Positions 1-12,797 of a stretch of DNA of 64,000 nt are shown here, one piece after another. A program made the translations under genes and the position numbers. Under the pieces are notes generated by a model. That model searched no databases. It worked only from the letters and a program-made list of their open reading frames with translations, and was not told the DNA's origin. Within the stretch, counting starts at the first letter, position 1. Each line of letters opens with the position of its first letter. This DNA comes from an archaeon (lineage in GTDB: Archaea; Nanobdellota; Nanobdellia; Woesearchaeales; UBA9642), in contig JAGVGF010000001.1 in assembly GCA_020057295.1 (NCBI GenBank), forward strand, positions 121,468 through 185,467, given 5' to 3'.

Positions 1-867
1 CGCGTTTCTATCCTTGCACATTTGCTGTGCCATCTCTTTGAGTCTAGAATTACACGCGACTCCTCCGCCTAGGACTAATTCATTTTTTTCACAATGTGCC
101 ATTGCACGTTCAGAAACTTCTAATAACATTGCAAATACTGTTTCTTCTACTGAATAACATATATCTTCAATCTGTTCTTGTGTTTTTAATTCATTGTTAC
201 GAATCTTGTTTCTAAGTATTGTTTGTAATCCTGAAAATGATACGTCCATTCCTTTAACATTATATGGTAACTCGATATATTTAGCATTTCTTTCCTTTGC
301 TTTTTGTGCCATTAAATCAATTTTTGGTCCTGCTGGAAATCCTAGTCCTAAATCTCTACCGAATGAATCTAGAAAATTTCCTATGCCCACATCTAATGTT
401 TCTCCAAAAACTCTGTACTTTCCACCATCGTATGCAATAATTTGAGTGTTTGCTCCTGATGCATATAATAATACAGGATCTGAACTATCATAAATAGTAG
501 CAATTTCTAAATGTGCAACACAATGATTCACACCGATTAATGGAATTTTTAATTGTAAAGAAAGAGATCTTGCAACTGCACTTCCTATTCTTAACGCATG
601 TCCTATTCCTGGACCTTGAGAAAATGATATTAATTGAATATCATCAAGAGATTTTTTTGAGATATTTAATGCTTCTTTTATTACTCGGTCAAAACATTCT
701 ACATGATGTTCTGATAACATAACAGGAACAAGTCCTCCTTTTTCTGTCTTATACATATCTCTAACATTAGATAAAACATTAAACTTATCTTTCTCATATA
801 ATACAACACTTGCACCAAACGTGTGTGCAGTTGTCTCTATCCCTAAACATAATAAAGATTTCTTCAT
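1..867 (-). CDS. kae1: tRNA N6-adenosine threonylcarbamoyltransferase Kae1/TsaD (KEOPS catalytic subunit); the C-terminus runs off the window start
   Basis: Absent from the ORF track because it is open to the window edge. My minus-strand translation from the ATG at 867 reads MKKSLLCLGIETTAHTFGASVVLYEKDK. Near the edge it reads EVSERAMAHCEKNELVLGGGVACNSRLKEMAQQMCKDRNA. Both match the Kae1/TsaD N-terminal GIExTAH and C-terminal GGVxxNxRL motifs. Confidence 0.85.
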   Translation of the reverse strand, partial: MKKSLLCLGIETTAHTFGASVVLYEKDKFNVLSNVRDMYKTEKGGLVPVMLSEHHVECFDRVIKEALNISKKSLDDIQLISFSQGPGIGHALRIGSAVARSLSLQLKIPLIGVNHCVAHLEIATIYDSSDPVLLYASGANTQIIAYDGGKYRVFGETLDVGIGNFLDSFGRDLGLGFPAGPKIDLMAQKAKERNAKYIELPYNVKGMDVSFSGLQTILRNKIRNNELKTQEQIEDICYSVEETVFAMLLEVSERAMAHCEKNELVLGGGVACNSRLKEMAQQMCKDRNA

Positions 868-907
868 AGAATATAGAATAAATGTTATGTTTAAAAGGAT
901 TATGCTT

Positions 908-1384
908 CTAAAATTTTGTTTGTAGATATTCTGCAAATTTTTTTATTTCTGCTAGAGATTTTTGATTTTCTGGATTCTTATTATATGCAAATATTTTGCT
1001 GCCACGATGCTCTTTGGGAAAGTTATGAGGAATAGGCACTATATGATAATGCAAATGATTAAAATTTTCTGCTTCTCCATAGAATAGATTGTATAATCTC
1101 TCGCATTTTAATTCCTGATATAATACTCTGCATGTTTTTTCTAGTACTGCACCAAATTCTGCAAACTCTTCAGATGTTAATTCATGTGGTGAAATTATGT
1201 GTCTTTTTGCAGCAATAACGCTCCATCCATAAATACTTGCAGGAACACTATGTTCAACTAGCCAATGTTCTGTTTGAAACATCGGCTCGTCTGTAGGACT
1301 GATTCTTCCGTTCTCTGTTCCAGGAAATCTACCTACATTAGATAGGCACGTATTACACGTTTCATCGATATGAACTTTATCCAT
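908..1384 (-). CDS. HIT (histidine triad) family hydrolase
   Basis: The 158-aa ORF carries the histidine triad motif NHLHYHIVP. Confidence 0.8.
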   Translation of the reverse strand: MDKVHIDETCNTCLSNVGRFPGTENGRISPTDEPMFQTEHWLVEHSVPASIYGWSVIAAKRHIISPHELTSEEFAEFGAVLEKTCRVLYQELKCERLYNLFYGEAENFNHLHYHIVPIPHNFPKEHRGSKIFAYNKNPENQKSLAEIKKFAEYLQTKF

Positions 1385-1436
1385 ACGATTAGTATATCGT
1401 GTAAATATATAAACGTTTTTATTTAATCACTATTAA

Positions 1437-2336
1437 GTGACAAACAACCGTAAACTTTTTAAATACTTATTTATGCTAAAAATCATGAGTGATTTCCCTT
1501 ATGTTGAAACAATGTTCGGCTTAATGGCCGTATATGGAGCATATAAAATTCTTAGTTCTAAAAGTAAGACTACAAGACAATCTATTGAAACTACAACAAG
1601 TACATCAAGTGAAATAACATACAGAAAAAACAAATCTCTTGAAGCACGTCTAGAATCTGAACCATTAAAAAATGGAACACATGATGACTTTGCCGTATTA
1701 ATCAGTGGAATGACCGAAGAAAGACATGAAGAAAATATTAATTTAGCATATAATACATTAATTGGTTCTGGATACAAACCTGAAAATATTTACATACTTG
1801 ATGATGATGGCAGATCTGATAGGAATTATCCTGTAGATGCTTCTGCAGAAAAATCCACTATAAAATTATTATTTGATCATCTAAAAAAAAGAGTCGATAA
1901 TAAAGATTCATTATTTGTATACGTTACTAATCATGGTGAAAAAGAAGATGATCAATCTTCAATATTATTATATGGTGAAGATGTTTATGAGAAAGATTTT
2001 GAAAAATATTTAACAGGAATTGAAGCAAAAATAGGAATATTAGTATTTGATCAATGTTATAGTGGAGGATTTGCCAAAAGATTAGGGAAAGGTAAATATG
2101 TTGCAATAGCAGCATGTCAACCTGATGAAAGTAGCAAGGAAAACACATTCCCACAAGCATTCTTCAAAGCATTCAAAGACACAATTGCAGATATTAATAA
2201 AGATGGCAGATTAAGTGTTGAAGAAGCATTCATATATGCTGCAAGTCACGATCGAAATGCCACACATGGTAATCAAAAACCAATGCTTATATCAGAATTA
2301 AATCCTAAAAAGATAATATTAGGATTATTTGAGTGA
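1437..2336 (+). CDS. Membrane-anchored clan CD cysteine peptidase, legumain/C13- or caspase-like
   Basis: There is an N-terminal hydrophobic segment (FGLMAVYGAYKIL). The catalytic dyad context is VYVTNHGEKE (His-Gly) and VFDQCYSGGF (Cys), as in the C13/caspase fold. The start is uncertain: GTG at 1437 or ATG at 1473. Confidence 0.55.
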   Translation: MTNNRKLFKYLFMLKIMSDFPYVETMFGLMAVYGAYKILSSKSKTTRQSIETTTSTSSEITYRKNKSLEARLESEPLKNGTHDDFAVLISGMTEERHEENINLAYNTLIGSGYKPENIYILDDDGRSDRNYPVDASAEKSTIKLLFDHLKKRVDNKDSLFVYVTNHGEKEDDQSSILLYGEDVYEKDFEKYLTGIEAKIGILVFDQCYSGGFAKRLGKGKYVAIAACQPDESSKENTFPQAFFKAFKDTIADINKDGRLSVEEAFIYAASHDRNATHGNQKPMLISELNPKKIILGLFE

Positions 2337-2342
2337 TAAAAT

Positions 2343-3092
2343 ATGATTAGAAAATTATGGTATAACATAACACAACCATTAGTTACACCTCCAGAGACAG
2401 TAACTGAAAGTATAACTATGAGATCAGTATATACAGTTCCTAAAGAATTAAAAGATGCTATAAGACATATTGATAAAAGTTGTGATGATATTAAAGCATA
2501 TGGATGGATGCCTGTAAGTATTAACTTATGGAATTATATACGAAATGAAGAACATAATAGATTAATGATTCCAGGACAGAAAGTTCTTGAATTAGGATCA
2601 GGAAGTGGATGTGGACTATTAACATGGTCATACAAAGGATATCCTGTAACAGGAATTGAATTAATCGCAGATTTAGAACAAAAATCACGCTCATTATTAG
2701 CAGAATATCCAGAACTAACAAAAGCACCAATAACAATCTTACAAGGAAGTTATTATCCTAAAAGATATATTCTTGACAGAAACAAAGGATTACATAAAAA
2801 AGTTATACAATTAGAACAACAAGAAGTAAGAAATTGGAGCGAAAGATATGTTAAGGAAACATTCCATCCAACATGTGGTGTTGACATTTATGAAAAGAAC
2901 GGAATTTCAATAAAAGATTTCGATGTAATATATGCATACTTATGGCAGTACCAATTCCCATCAGTTCTAGACATGTTCAAAAAACATGCACGAAAAGACT
3001 CCGTGTTTCTAGCCATCGGACCAAACCACAGAGAAATAGCACAATCATTAGGACTTCGAACGTACAAACATAGTCATGTAATAACGAAATAA
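2343..3092 (+). CDS. SAM-dependent methyltransferase (class I)
   Basis: Motif I is VLELGSGSGCG, followed by VTGIEL (motif II-like). Confidence 0.6.
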   Translation: MIRKLWYNITQPLVTPPETVTESITMRSVYTVPKELKDAIRHIDKSCDDIKAYGWMPVSINLWNYIRNEEHNRLMIPGQKVLELGSGSGCGLLTWSYKGYPVTGIELIADLEQKSRSLLAEYPELTKAPITILQGSYYPKRYILDRNKGLHKKVIQLEQQEVRNWSERYVKETFHPTCGVDIYEKNGISIKDFDVIYAYLWQYQFPSVLDMFKKHARKDSVFLAIGPNHREIAQSLGLRTYKHSHVITK

Positions 3093-3222
3093 ATAATTCT
3101 ACAGAAAAATAATATAATAATATTTCTAAAATATAGCTCTCGCTATTCCTTAATTATTTTTATGAATTTCATAGCTAAAGCTATGTTCTATTAATACATT
3201 TTCTAGAAGAAAATGATGAATA

Positions 3223-3234
3223 GACCGTGTATAG
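3223..3234 (-). other. 3'-flank strand of the 23S rRNA processing helix (partner at 6189-6200)
   Basis: gaccgtgtatag at 3223-3234 is the exact reverse complement of ctatacacggtc at 6189-6200. The adjacent gatga/tcatc extends the helix with a bulge, as in archaeal pre-rRNA bulge-helix-bulge stems. Confidence 0.7.
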
Positions 3235-6188
3235 TTGTGGACCTGAATTAGATATAACGGAATTGTTGGGTACTGCTGGCTGAATACCTCGTTACCTTGG
3301 TACTTACACCACAGTTCCATTAAACTCATCTTCTATGAGTATTCCTCACGTCTCTTTTCAAGGGGGGTTTCCGGCTTAGATGCTTTCAGCCGTTATCCCG
3401 TAACGCGTAGCTGCTCTGCATACCTTGTTAGATAACAGATCGACCAGAGGCGTCGACCCATCGTTCCTCTCGTACTAAATGGATCTTCCTTTCAGACGTT
3501 ATACATTCCCAGTAGTTATTAAACCAACTGCCTCACAGCGTTGTGAACCCAGCTAACATCCCTTTTAATGGGTGAACACCCCCACCCTTGGCCGCTTCTG
3601 CACGGCCAGGATAGGAAGAGCCGACAACGATGTAGCAAGCCGCGCCGTCGATGTGAACTCTCGGGCGCGACAACCCTGTTATCCCCGGAGTAACTTTTCG
3701 GTCAGCACTAGACCCCATCAAGGAGTCATAGTGGTTCGCTAGGCCCAAATTTCTTTACTGAGATCTATCTTATTAAGATATCAGTTAGGCTGGCTTTTGC
3801 CCTTGCACTCTACACCGGATTTCTGACCCGGTTGAGCCAACCATTGGGCACTCATGATATCCTTTCATGAGTATGCCGCCCCAGCTAAACTATCCACCTG
3901 CTACTGTTTCGATAAATCGATCAGCGGCGTAAATCTCAAAGAGTGGTATTTCATCTTTCGCCTAAACACTACCTTGCAGCAGTGCCTCAAACAGCTTCCA
4001 CCTATTCTACACATCAAGACTCGCGTCGCAATAACAGGCTATAGTAAAGTTTCACGGGGTCTTCACGACCCACTGGAAATCTTCGGCCTTCACACCGAAC
4101 AGAGTGTTCGGAAGGTTCTAGATAGGGACAGTGGACAACTCGTTACGCCATTCATGCACGTCGTCAATCAAACGACAAGGTATTTCGCTACCTTAAGAGA
4201 GTTATAGTTACCCCCGCTGTTTATCAGTCCTTAGCTCGATTGAAATCGAGTTTTAGATACTGACACTGAGCAGACGTCACCTACTATACAAGCCCTTACG
4301 GGTTAGCAGTAAGTTGTGTTTTTGTTAAACAGTCGGTCGTCCTTGATCTTTGCACCCTGTAATCGCACAAATACATGTACGAAAGCAGGGACCCCTTATC
4401 CCGAAGTTACGGGGCCATTTTGCCGAGTTCCCTTACCTAGATTATCCTTTCACACTTTAGGCTTCTCACCTAGGGGCACCAGTGCTGGTTCTTGGTACGA
4501 GTTATCAAGATTTATTCTAATTCTATTTTCATGGGCTCCAGGCATCAACCAGATACAACTTAAGTTATACTCATCAAAGCTTTAACCTGGTTCTCAATAT
4601 AATATTACTCCCCAGGCTTATGCTTCTTAACAATTATTCATTGCTGATCTAGCCCAAAACGTCTAAAATTAGACTTGCGTCACCGCACATACTTGACAAG
4701 TACAGGAATATTAACCTGTTTCCCTTTCCCGAATATACTCGTTCTCCGAGCTCGGTTAGGATCGACTAACCCTTGGCTGATCTACATTGCCAAGGAACCC
4801 TTGCCCTTTCAGTGGCAGAGATTCTCACTCTGCTATGATCCTACTACCACCAGGATTTTTATTACAGGCAGATCCACAAATGCGTGTGCACTTGCTTCTG
4901 CTCTACCCATACACCGACCTACCACATTCATTACTGAAGTCCATGGTATCGGTAGCTAATTTAGCCCCGTCCATTTTAGATGCTTACAATCTTGACGAGT
5001 AAGCTGTTACGCACTTTTTAAAGGGTTGCTGCTTCTAAGCAAACCTCCTCGCTGTCTATGATTGTAAACGATCTTCAACCCATAACACTTAAATAGCATT
5101 TAGGGACCTTAACCATGGTCTGGGTTGTTTCCCTCGAGGAGAACGAGTTTACCCCGCTCCCCCGTCTCCACACATCTACGACGTATTAGCATTCGGAGTT
5201 GGACAAGAAACCGAGTCCTTTCGAACCCTAAATCTCTAATCCGTCTCTCTACCTCTAATACTATCTCCGTGCAGGTTTGACTGCGGCCAATTTCGATCGG
5301 AACCAGCTATCACCGGGTTCGATGGGCTTATCACCCCTAATGTCATGTTACACAAACGCTTGCACACAGAACTGCTTCGGTCCTCCACCCCTTTTTACGG
5401 GGGCTTCAACCTACACAACATTAGATCACCCGGTTTCGGGTCGTATTCATGTGACTACATGGCACTTTAATACCATCCGCCTCATTGCTTGCGCGGAAAT
5501 CGGTTTCCCTTCGCTTTCCTCCTTAACAGAGTTAAGCTTGCCACACAAATATACTCCCTGGCACGTTATTCAAAACGGACGATAGGCCTCCTAAGAGGAC
5601 TATCATACTGTAACTATTAGGTTTCAAGGTCTTTGAACTCCCTGTTAGGGGTTCTTTTCAGCTTTCCCTCGCGGTACTTCTACGCTATCGGTCTCGAAAC
5701 GTATTTAAGGTTAGAAGTTGATGACTCCCAGTTTCACGCCCCGTATCCAGGGAGCGCTACTCAGGATACACTCAAAATCCATTCATCTACTCTTACGGGA
5801 CTATCACCCTTTACCGTCTGGCATTCCAGCCAAGTTCAGATCGAAGAATTAGGATAAAAGAATGTCCTACAACACCACATCTCTATTATATTACTATAAC
5901 AGATTCAGTTTGCCTTATACTGCGTTCTCTCGCTGATACTAGCAGCATCTCTTTTGATTTCTTTTCCTGCGGGTACTAAGATGTTTCCATCCCCCGCGTT
6001 CGCCGTCCTTTAGGACTTATTGTGAAGTCACATTCGGAAATCCTGGGTTCAAAGGTTACATGCACCTCGCCCAGGCTTATTGCAGCTTGTCGCATCCTTC
6101 ATCACCGTATCGAGCCAAGCTATCCACCTAATAGTGTAATAGAATCTTATAAATTATTTTACGGATTCTTATCTAAGACAGATCTTTT
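3235..6188 (-). rRNA. rrl: 23S (LSU) rRNA; ends approximate to within about 30 nt
   Basis: Reverse complement contains GGTGGATAGCTTGGCTCGATACGGTGATGAAGG near the 5' end (around 6100-6130). It contains GCTGAAAGCATCTAAGCC about 150 nt from the 3' end (3374-3391). The region is GC-enriched relative to the flanks, and all ORF-track entries inside are short and overlapping. The length is standard, so no large intron. Confidence 0.9.
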
Positions 6189-6448
6189 CTATACACGGTC
6201 TCATCGAATATAATTTATGATAACTAGTCTTGTGTTATTCACGCGAATGAATAATTAGACTGAATATATTCTACACCAACCACCCGTTACATGTTATGTA
6301 ACGAGTTTCTTTGCAAGAAACTTAACAAGCTTCCTGCATCCTAAAAATTTTTTCAAATCTTAGGGTCTCATGAAATAAATGAGTGTGAGTTATGATACTT
6401 TGTAAATTTTGTAATAAAAATAAAAATTTGGAATGTGTGGAAACAAAA

Positions 6449-6523
6449 TGGACTGGTCGGGATTTGAACCCGAAGCCTCTCCCGTGCAAGGGGAGCGTTA
6501 TACCAGGTTTAACTACCAGCCCC
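6449..6523 (-). tRNA. tRNA-Ala (anticodon UGC) in the 16S-23S spacer
   Basis: Reverse complement: GGGCTGG TA GTTA..TAAC G CTCCC CTTGCAC GGGAG AGGCT TCGGG TTCAAAT CCCGA CCAGTCC A. It forms a complete cloverleaf with the G3:U70 alanine identity pair. No CCA is encoded. Confidence 0.9.
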
Positions 6524-6600
6524 CATGAATATACACGGTAGCTTCCACAATTACCGTAATTGATTATGAAAACCACATGATCGCAAAAAGCGATTGTGGA

Positions 6601-6636
6601 ATGAGATATGTAGGAATGTGTAATGCAGAATAAATG
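6601..6636 (-). other. 3'-flank strand of the 16S rRNA processing helix (partner at 8321-8356)
   Basis: atgtaggaatgtg at 6608-6620 is the exact reverse complement of cacattcctacat at 8336-8348. The flanking bases extend it to an imperfect helix of about 30 bp with bulges. Confidence 0.65.
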
Positions 6637-6705
6637 TATTAATTATTATAATTTCTATATTGTGTACTATATGCACTGAATAGTATAATATAAAAAATAA
6701 TTAAA

Positions 6706-8168
<1,463 letters not shown>

Positions 8169-8471
8169 TTACTTTACAATCCTTAATGTATATTCTAATA
8201 ATTTAACTTAAATTTTATTCTAATTTAAATTTTAGAACTCATGCCGCTACATCTTTTTCTTATATTTGGGTCGCTTGACTTTATAGAAACTTAAATTAAT
8301 CAAGGAAATCTATTATTTAATGTCATTATGCATGACACATTCCTACATCATACTCGATTGTTATGTCAAGTACTCATTCAGTATGAATTTTTTTGAATAT
8401 GTCTTACCGTTTACAGGATTTACAGACAGTTCAGAATGGAGGCGATTTGATAATAAAGGGAATTTTAGGTT

Positions 8472-8481
8472 ATTTATAAAA
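8472..8481 (-). promoter_or_regulatory. Candidate TATA box for the rRNA operon (second candidate at 8504-8516)
   Basis: An atttataaaa element lies just upstream (on the minus strand) of the 16S leader and processing stem. The same (c)atttataaa element recurs upstream of many genes in this window. Confidence 0.35.
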
Positions 8482-8750
8482 GTTTCGCTTGATTAAGCTC
8501 ATCGTTTATAAATAAACAGTGATTATTTGAGATTATAACAAAAAATACAGATAAAATAATAAAAACTTTAACCCACAACAAAATCCGACGTAAGTCGATA
8601 ATTAAGGTAATGCTTTGTTCTATATAAACTTTAATGAAACGTCGATAAACAACAATAAAAATCCTGTAGTAATAATTTATAGAAGAAAAAATATTCGTTA
8701 ATAGAACTTAATAAGATAAAATATATAAAACACTTAAAGAATTTCAATAT

Positions 8751-9698
8751 ATGAAAACAGTTTTAGTTACAGGCGGAGCAGGTTTTATTGGCAGTCATTT
8801 ATGTAAATATTTACTTGATAAGAATTTTCACGTAATATGTATTGATAATTTTTTTACAGGAAGAAGAGAAAACATTCTGCCTCTTCTTGATAATCCTAAT
8901 TTTGAATTAATACGTCATGATATTATTAATCCAATACATTTGGAAGTTGATCAAATATATAATCTTGCATGTCCAGCATCTCCTCCTGCATATCAATATA
9001 ATGCTATTAAAACAGTTAAAACTTCTACTGTTGGAATGATTAATATGTTAGGACTTGCAAAGAGAACAAAAGCAAGAATTTTACAAGCGTCAACTTCTGA
9101 AGTTTACGGTGATCCATTAATTCATCCTCAAAAAGAATCTTATTGGGGTAATGTAAATCCTATCGGTGTAAGAAGTTGCTATGATGAAGGCAAACGAATG
9201 GCAGAATGTTTATGTATGGATTATAATAGAATGAATAATGTTGATGTTAGAATTATTAGAATATTTAATACATATGGTCCAAACATGGATCCTAACGATG
9301 GACGAGTTGTTAGCAATTTTATAATGCAAGCTCTAAAAAACAAGGATATAACAATATACGGCAATGGTTCTCAAACAAGATCTTTCCAATATGTTACTGA
9401 TTTAATTGACGGAATATATAAAATGATGAATCAAGATAATTTTATCGGTCCAGTAAATATAGGTAATCCGAACGAATTTACAATAAAAGAATTAGCAGAA
9501 AAAATAATAAAAATAACAGGAAGCAAATCAAAAATAATTTACAAAGCTTTACCTTCCGACGATCCAAAACAGAGACAACCAGATATAAGTTTAGCAAAAG
9601 AAAAATTAGATTGGGAACCAAAAATTTCTTTAGACGAAGGATTAGTAAAAACCATAGAATATTTCAAAAAAGAAATTGAAAGAAGTAATACAAAATAA
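8751..9698 (+). CDS. uxs: UDP-glucuronate decarboxylase (UDP-xylose synthase), SDR family
   Basis: The N-terminus is [19 protein letters not shown] (Rossmann GxxGxxG). [11 protein letters not shown], the catalytic YDEGKR and the overall 315-aa layout are typical of UXS. Confidence 0.8.
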   Translation: MKTVLVTGGAGFIGSHLCKYLLDKNFHVICIDNFFTGRRENILPLLDNPNFELIRHDIINPIHLEVDQIYNLACPASPPAYQYNAIKTVKTSTVGMINMLGLAKRTKARILQASTSEVYGDPLIHPQKESYWGNVNPIGVRSCYDEGKRMAECLCMDYNRMNNVDVRIIRIFNTYGPNMDPNDGRVVSNFIMQALKNKDITIYGNGSQTRSFQYVTDLIDGIYKMMNQDNFIGPVNIGNPNEFTIKELAEKIIKITGSKSKIIYKALPSDDPKQRQPDISLAKEKLDWEPKISLDEGLVKTIEYFKKEIERSNTK

Positions 9699-9725
9699 TA
9701 TTCTAAACTAAAAAATATATAACAA

Positions 9726-10049
9726 TTATTCTTTATCATCAACTGTAAATAATGTTGAATCATGTACATCAAATAATCCTATTCTTGCTCCTGCATCGAG
9801 CCAGCCATGCGCATAATTTAATGCACCAAATGCAAGAACGTAATCATTATGTTTCATAAAATGTCCTGCATCACTATAATATCTAGAAGCCATGTCAAAA
9901 AAATCTTTAGCTTCTTTATGTCTTTTTTTATCCATTGCAATCTCGCACATTTTCAAAGCTTTGCCTGTTATTTCAAAATATCTTTCTAATTTATCTTTTG
10001 TAATTTTATCAATAATATTAGTATATTCACTATCATCTATATCATACAT
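9726..10049 (-). CDS. DUF357 family protein
   Basis: The LNYAHGWLDAGARIGL motif is characteristic of archaeal DUF357 proteins. Confidence 0.55.
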   Translation of the reverse strand: MYDIDDSEYTNIIDKITKDKLERYFEITGKALKMCEIAMDKKRHKEAKDFFDMASRYYSDAGHFMKHNDYVLAFGALNYAHGWLDAGARIGLFDVHDSTLFTVDDKE

Positions 10050-10074
10050 CTGAACACCTCAATAACAAATAATA

Positions 10075-10425
10075 TTATACTCCTCTAATCAAATCTCGGC
10101 TTGTTAAGTATTCTTCAAATTTCACTTCATCGAGTTTTGTGTTTAAACTTTCAAATTCCTCTTTTTTTAAGGCAGTTTTCAAGTCTTTGCTTAAACCAAT
10201 CATTTCCATGATACACTTATTAAATATACTTTTTATAGAGGATATATCACTCTTGAAATTTTTTAACTCAGTACTTAAATTATCAAAATCTGTTATGCGT
10301 TTTTTACCTAAATTATTTACTTGAGTTTCTATATATGCAGCATCTTTTTCTAAACTTGTTATTCTCTTATCTATTCTGTAAAGAAAATCATATACAGGCG
10401 AATAGTCGATTGTTTGATCTGCCAT
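10075..10425 (-). CDS. Hypothetical coiled-coil protein
   Basis: 116-aa ORF with heptad-like charged and hydrophobic periodicity. No family was recognised. Confidence 0.4.
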   Translation of the reverse strand: MADQTIDYSPVYDFLYRIDKRITSLEKDAAYIETQVNNLGKKRITDFDNLSTELKNFKSDISSIKSIFNKCIMEMIGLSKDLKTALKKEEFESLNTKLDEVKFEEYLTSRDLIRGV

Positions 10426-10584
10426 AGTATTTTATTTATACTCATATTTATAATTTTAACTAAATAAATAATATGAATCATAGTATAAACTAAATATTTT
10501 CTGTTTTAACTTTGCAGATAAAACAAAAGCTTTAAATAGTATAAATATCTAATCCTCAATAATAATGACAAAAAGGGGTGTGTT

Positions 10585-12498
10585 ATGCAGGATATAGAAC
10601 CTCCAGAGGTTCCTATAGATGTAGTATCTACAGAGACTGTTGCTATTCAAGAGTCTAAGAAGGAAGGATTCTTTAAAAAATTATTTTCTAAAAAAGAATC
10701 TTCGCTCCAAGAAACACAAGGAATAGATTTACCTACAAACATTAGTAATACTACAAATACATCATCAGATTATAATACTCAAACATTAAATAATACAAAT
10801 TTTTTAGATAACAATATGCCATCACTTCCTCCATTAAATGAACAATTAAATAAAATAATTAATAACCCTTCTGAATCTAAAGATAAGAATTTAGGTAAAT
10901 CAAGAGGAAAGAAAAAGAAAGGCACACAATCCAAAATGGATTCTGTAGATGTTAAGAATAAATTTAATTGGAGTACTCCAATTAAGAGTCAAGAAGAAAT
11001 AATAATGGATAATGTTAAAAATATTGATATGAAGGTAACTGCTAAAAGCAAGGGTAAAAAAAAGAAAGGAGAAAATGTTTTATTAACACCTTTTGATGAA
11101 TCAGGACAATTTGATTGGTCTAGAGAAGTTAGACAACAAGAAATACTAGTTCATGATAATGCAAGATATAATCAAGATGTTTCTGTATTAATAAAACAAG
11201 CAGACACACACATAGAAAATAAAGAACAAGTTACTAGCTCAAACACATTATTATCCGAACACCAAGATATAAATCCAAGTTTTGATCAGATAAGCATTCC
11301 AGAAACACACACTGAATTAAACAACATGATGAATGCAGAATTACCACAGTCTACAACATTAACCATACCAGCGCAACAAATTCAAGAAAATCCTGTGCAG
11401 AACGCGCAAATAATCACAGACATGCCAATAATGAATTCAGAAGAACATAAAGAGTTCAAAAAAATTAGTGCTAGTCATCAAAAGTTAAGAAAAATTTTAG
11501 AGAAAGGATTAAATAATAAAAAATTCTTAGATAACAAAGCAAGATTAAAAGAATTATTAAAAGCATACGATGAAAGTATAGAAAAGAAAATAGAAAATAA
11601 AGAAGGAGAACTAAGTTCAAAACATAACAAATTAGAAATATGGCATTCACAACTTACATTACAAGAATCTGGTGTGAAAAAATTACACACATACCTTAAA
11701 AATTTAGATAAAAAATTAAAATCTAGAGAAGATAAAATTAATGAAATAATATCAACAACCGTCAATAAAGAATTATTAAGAAGAACTGTTGCTGAAAAGA
11801 AAATGTTAAAAGAAGAATTAAATAAAACTTCTAAATTAAATAATGAATTAAAATCCAAAGTAAAAATTATAGAAAAAGACAAGATTGTTTTTGAACATGA
11901 ACATAAGAACATGATGGAGACTGAACGTAAAAAATTATCAGGATTACAGACGATGTACGACAAGAAATTATTAGAATTGGAAAAAGATCGTAGAGAATTT
12001 GAAAGTCGAAGAAACAATGCATTGTCATTGTTAAGTCAGGCAGATAATGTATCCAGAGAGTTAGATGATGTAAAACGAATGAAAGAGTTTATAGAAAAGA
12101 ACAGAAAAGTTATCAAGAAAGAATTAGATGAAGATAAAGAGTTAAAAAGAGCTATTGATAGAGGAGAAATCACACTAAAGAGAGAAAAAGAGAATCTTGA
12201 CAGTTTAGTGTTTTCGAAGTATCTTGAAAAAAAATTGAAGGGAATAAAACCTGAACTCACTGATGAAAAAGGAGAATTAAAAATCGAGTTAGATAATAAT
12301 CCATTATATCAGCAAGTCAAACAATGTAGTGTAATGCTAACGCAAGGAAATATCGAAGGCGCAAAACAACTGTATAATAAAATTAAAAGATCGTTTGAAT
12401 ATTCTGGACTTCCAAAAAGAGAGAGAGAAATATTACACACAGCAATTAGAGAGTTGTATAACGATATACAATTAAAGATTGTAGAAACAGAGTTATAA
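10585..12498 (+). CDS. Hypothetical large coiled-coil protein with a duplicated Lys-rich N-terminal module
   Basis: 637-aa ORF with a GGGGTG ribosome-binding site upstream. Two copies of a module GKKKKG..F(N/D)WS..Q(E/Q)EI..(M/H)DN are followed by a long K/E-rich coiled coil. Confidence 0.5.
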   Translation: MQDIEPPEVPIDVVSTETVAIQESKKEGFFKKLFSKKESSLQETQGIDLPTNISNTTNTSSDYNTQTLNNTNFLDNNMPSLPPLNEQLNKIINNPSESKDKNLGKSRGKKKKGTQSKMDSVDVKNKFNWSTPIKSQEEIIMDNVKNIDMKVTAKSKGKKKKGENVLLTPFDESGQFDWSREVRQQEILVHDNARYNQDVSVLIKQADTHIENKEQVTSSNTLLSEHQDINPSFDQISIPETHTELNNMMNAELPQSTTLTIPAQQIQENPVQNAQIITDMPIMNSEEHKEFKKISASHQKLRKILEKGLNNKKFLDNKARLKELLKAYDESIEKKIENKEGELSSKHNKLEIWHSQLTLQESGVKKLHTYLKNLDKKLKSREDKINEIISTTVNKELLRRTVAEKKMLKEELNKTSKLNNELKSKVKIIEKDKIVFEHEHKNMMETERKKLSGLQTMYDKKLLELEKDRREFESRRNNALSLLSQADNVSRELDDVKRMKEFIEKNRKVIKKELDEDKELKRAIDRGEITLKREKENLDSLVFSKYLEKKLKGIKPELTDEKGELKIELDNNPLYQQVKQCSVMLTQGNIEGAKQLYNKIKRSFEYSGLPKREREILHTAIRELYNDIQLKIVETEL

Positions 12499-12586
12499 AC
12501 ATTATACTGTTGTCAAAATCACAATATTTATAAAACGTTTGTTGTTTCTAGGATAATAATTATTCGGTGCTAGTTAGGAGACCAAG

Positions 12587-12787
12587 ATGTACGAATTCGA
12601 TGAAAATCCAAGTTTATTGACGAGGTTTAAGAGTTTTATACGTGAATGTGTTCGCGTATTTAAGATTACTAAAAAACCTACCCGTGAAGAGTATAAAACT
12701 ATTAGTAAAATAGCAGGGTTAGGAATATTAGTTATAGGATTACTGGGCTTTCTAGTGCATTTAGTTAAAGTGCTAGTATTTAGTTAA
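12587..12787 (+). CDS. secE: Preprotein translocase subunit SecE / Sec61-gamma
   Basis: 66 aa with FIRECVRVFKITKKPTREEY followed by a single C-terminal TM segment. It sits directly upstream of spt5 and rpl11, the conserved order. Confidence 0.75.
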   Translation: MYEFDENPSLLTRFKSFIRECVRVFKITKKPTREEYKTISKIAGLGILVIGLLGFLVHLVKVLVFS

Positions 12788-12797
12788 TGGTGTAAAA

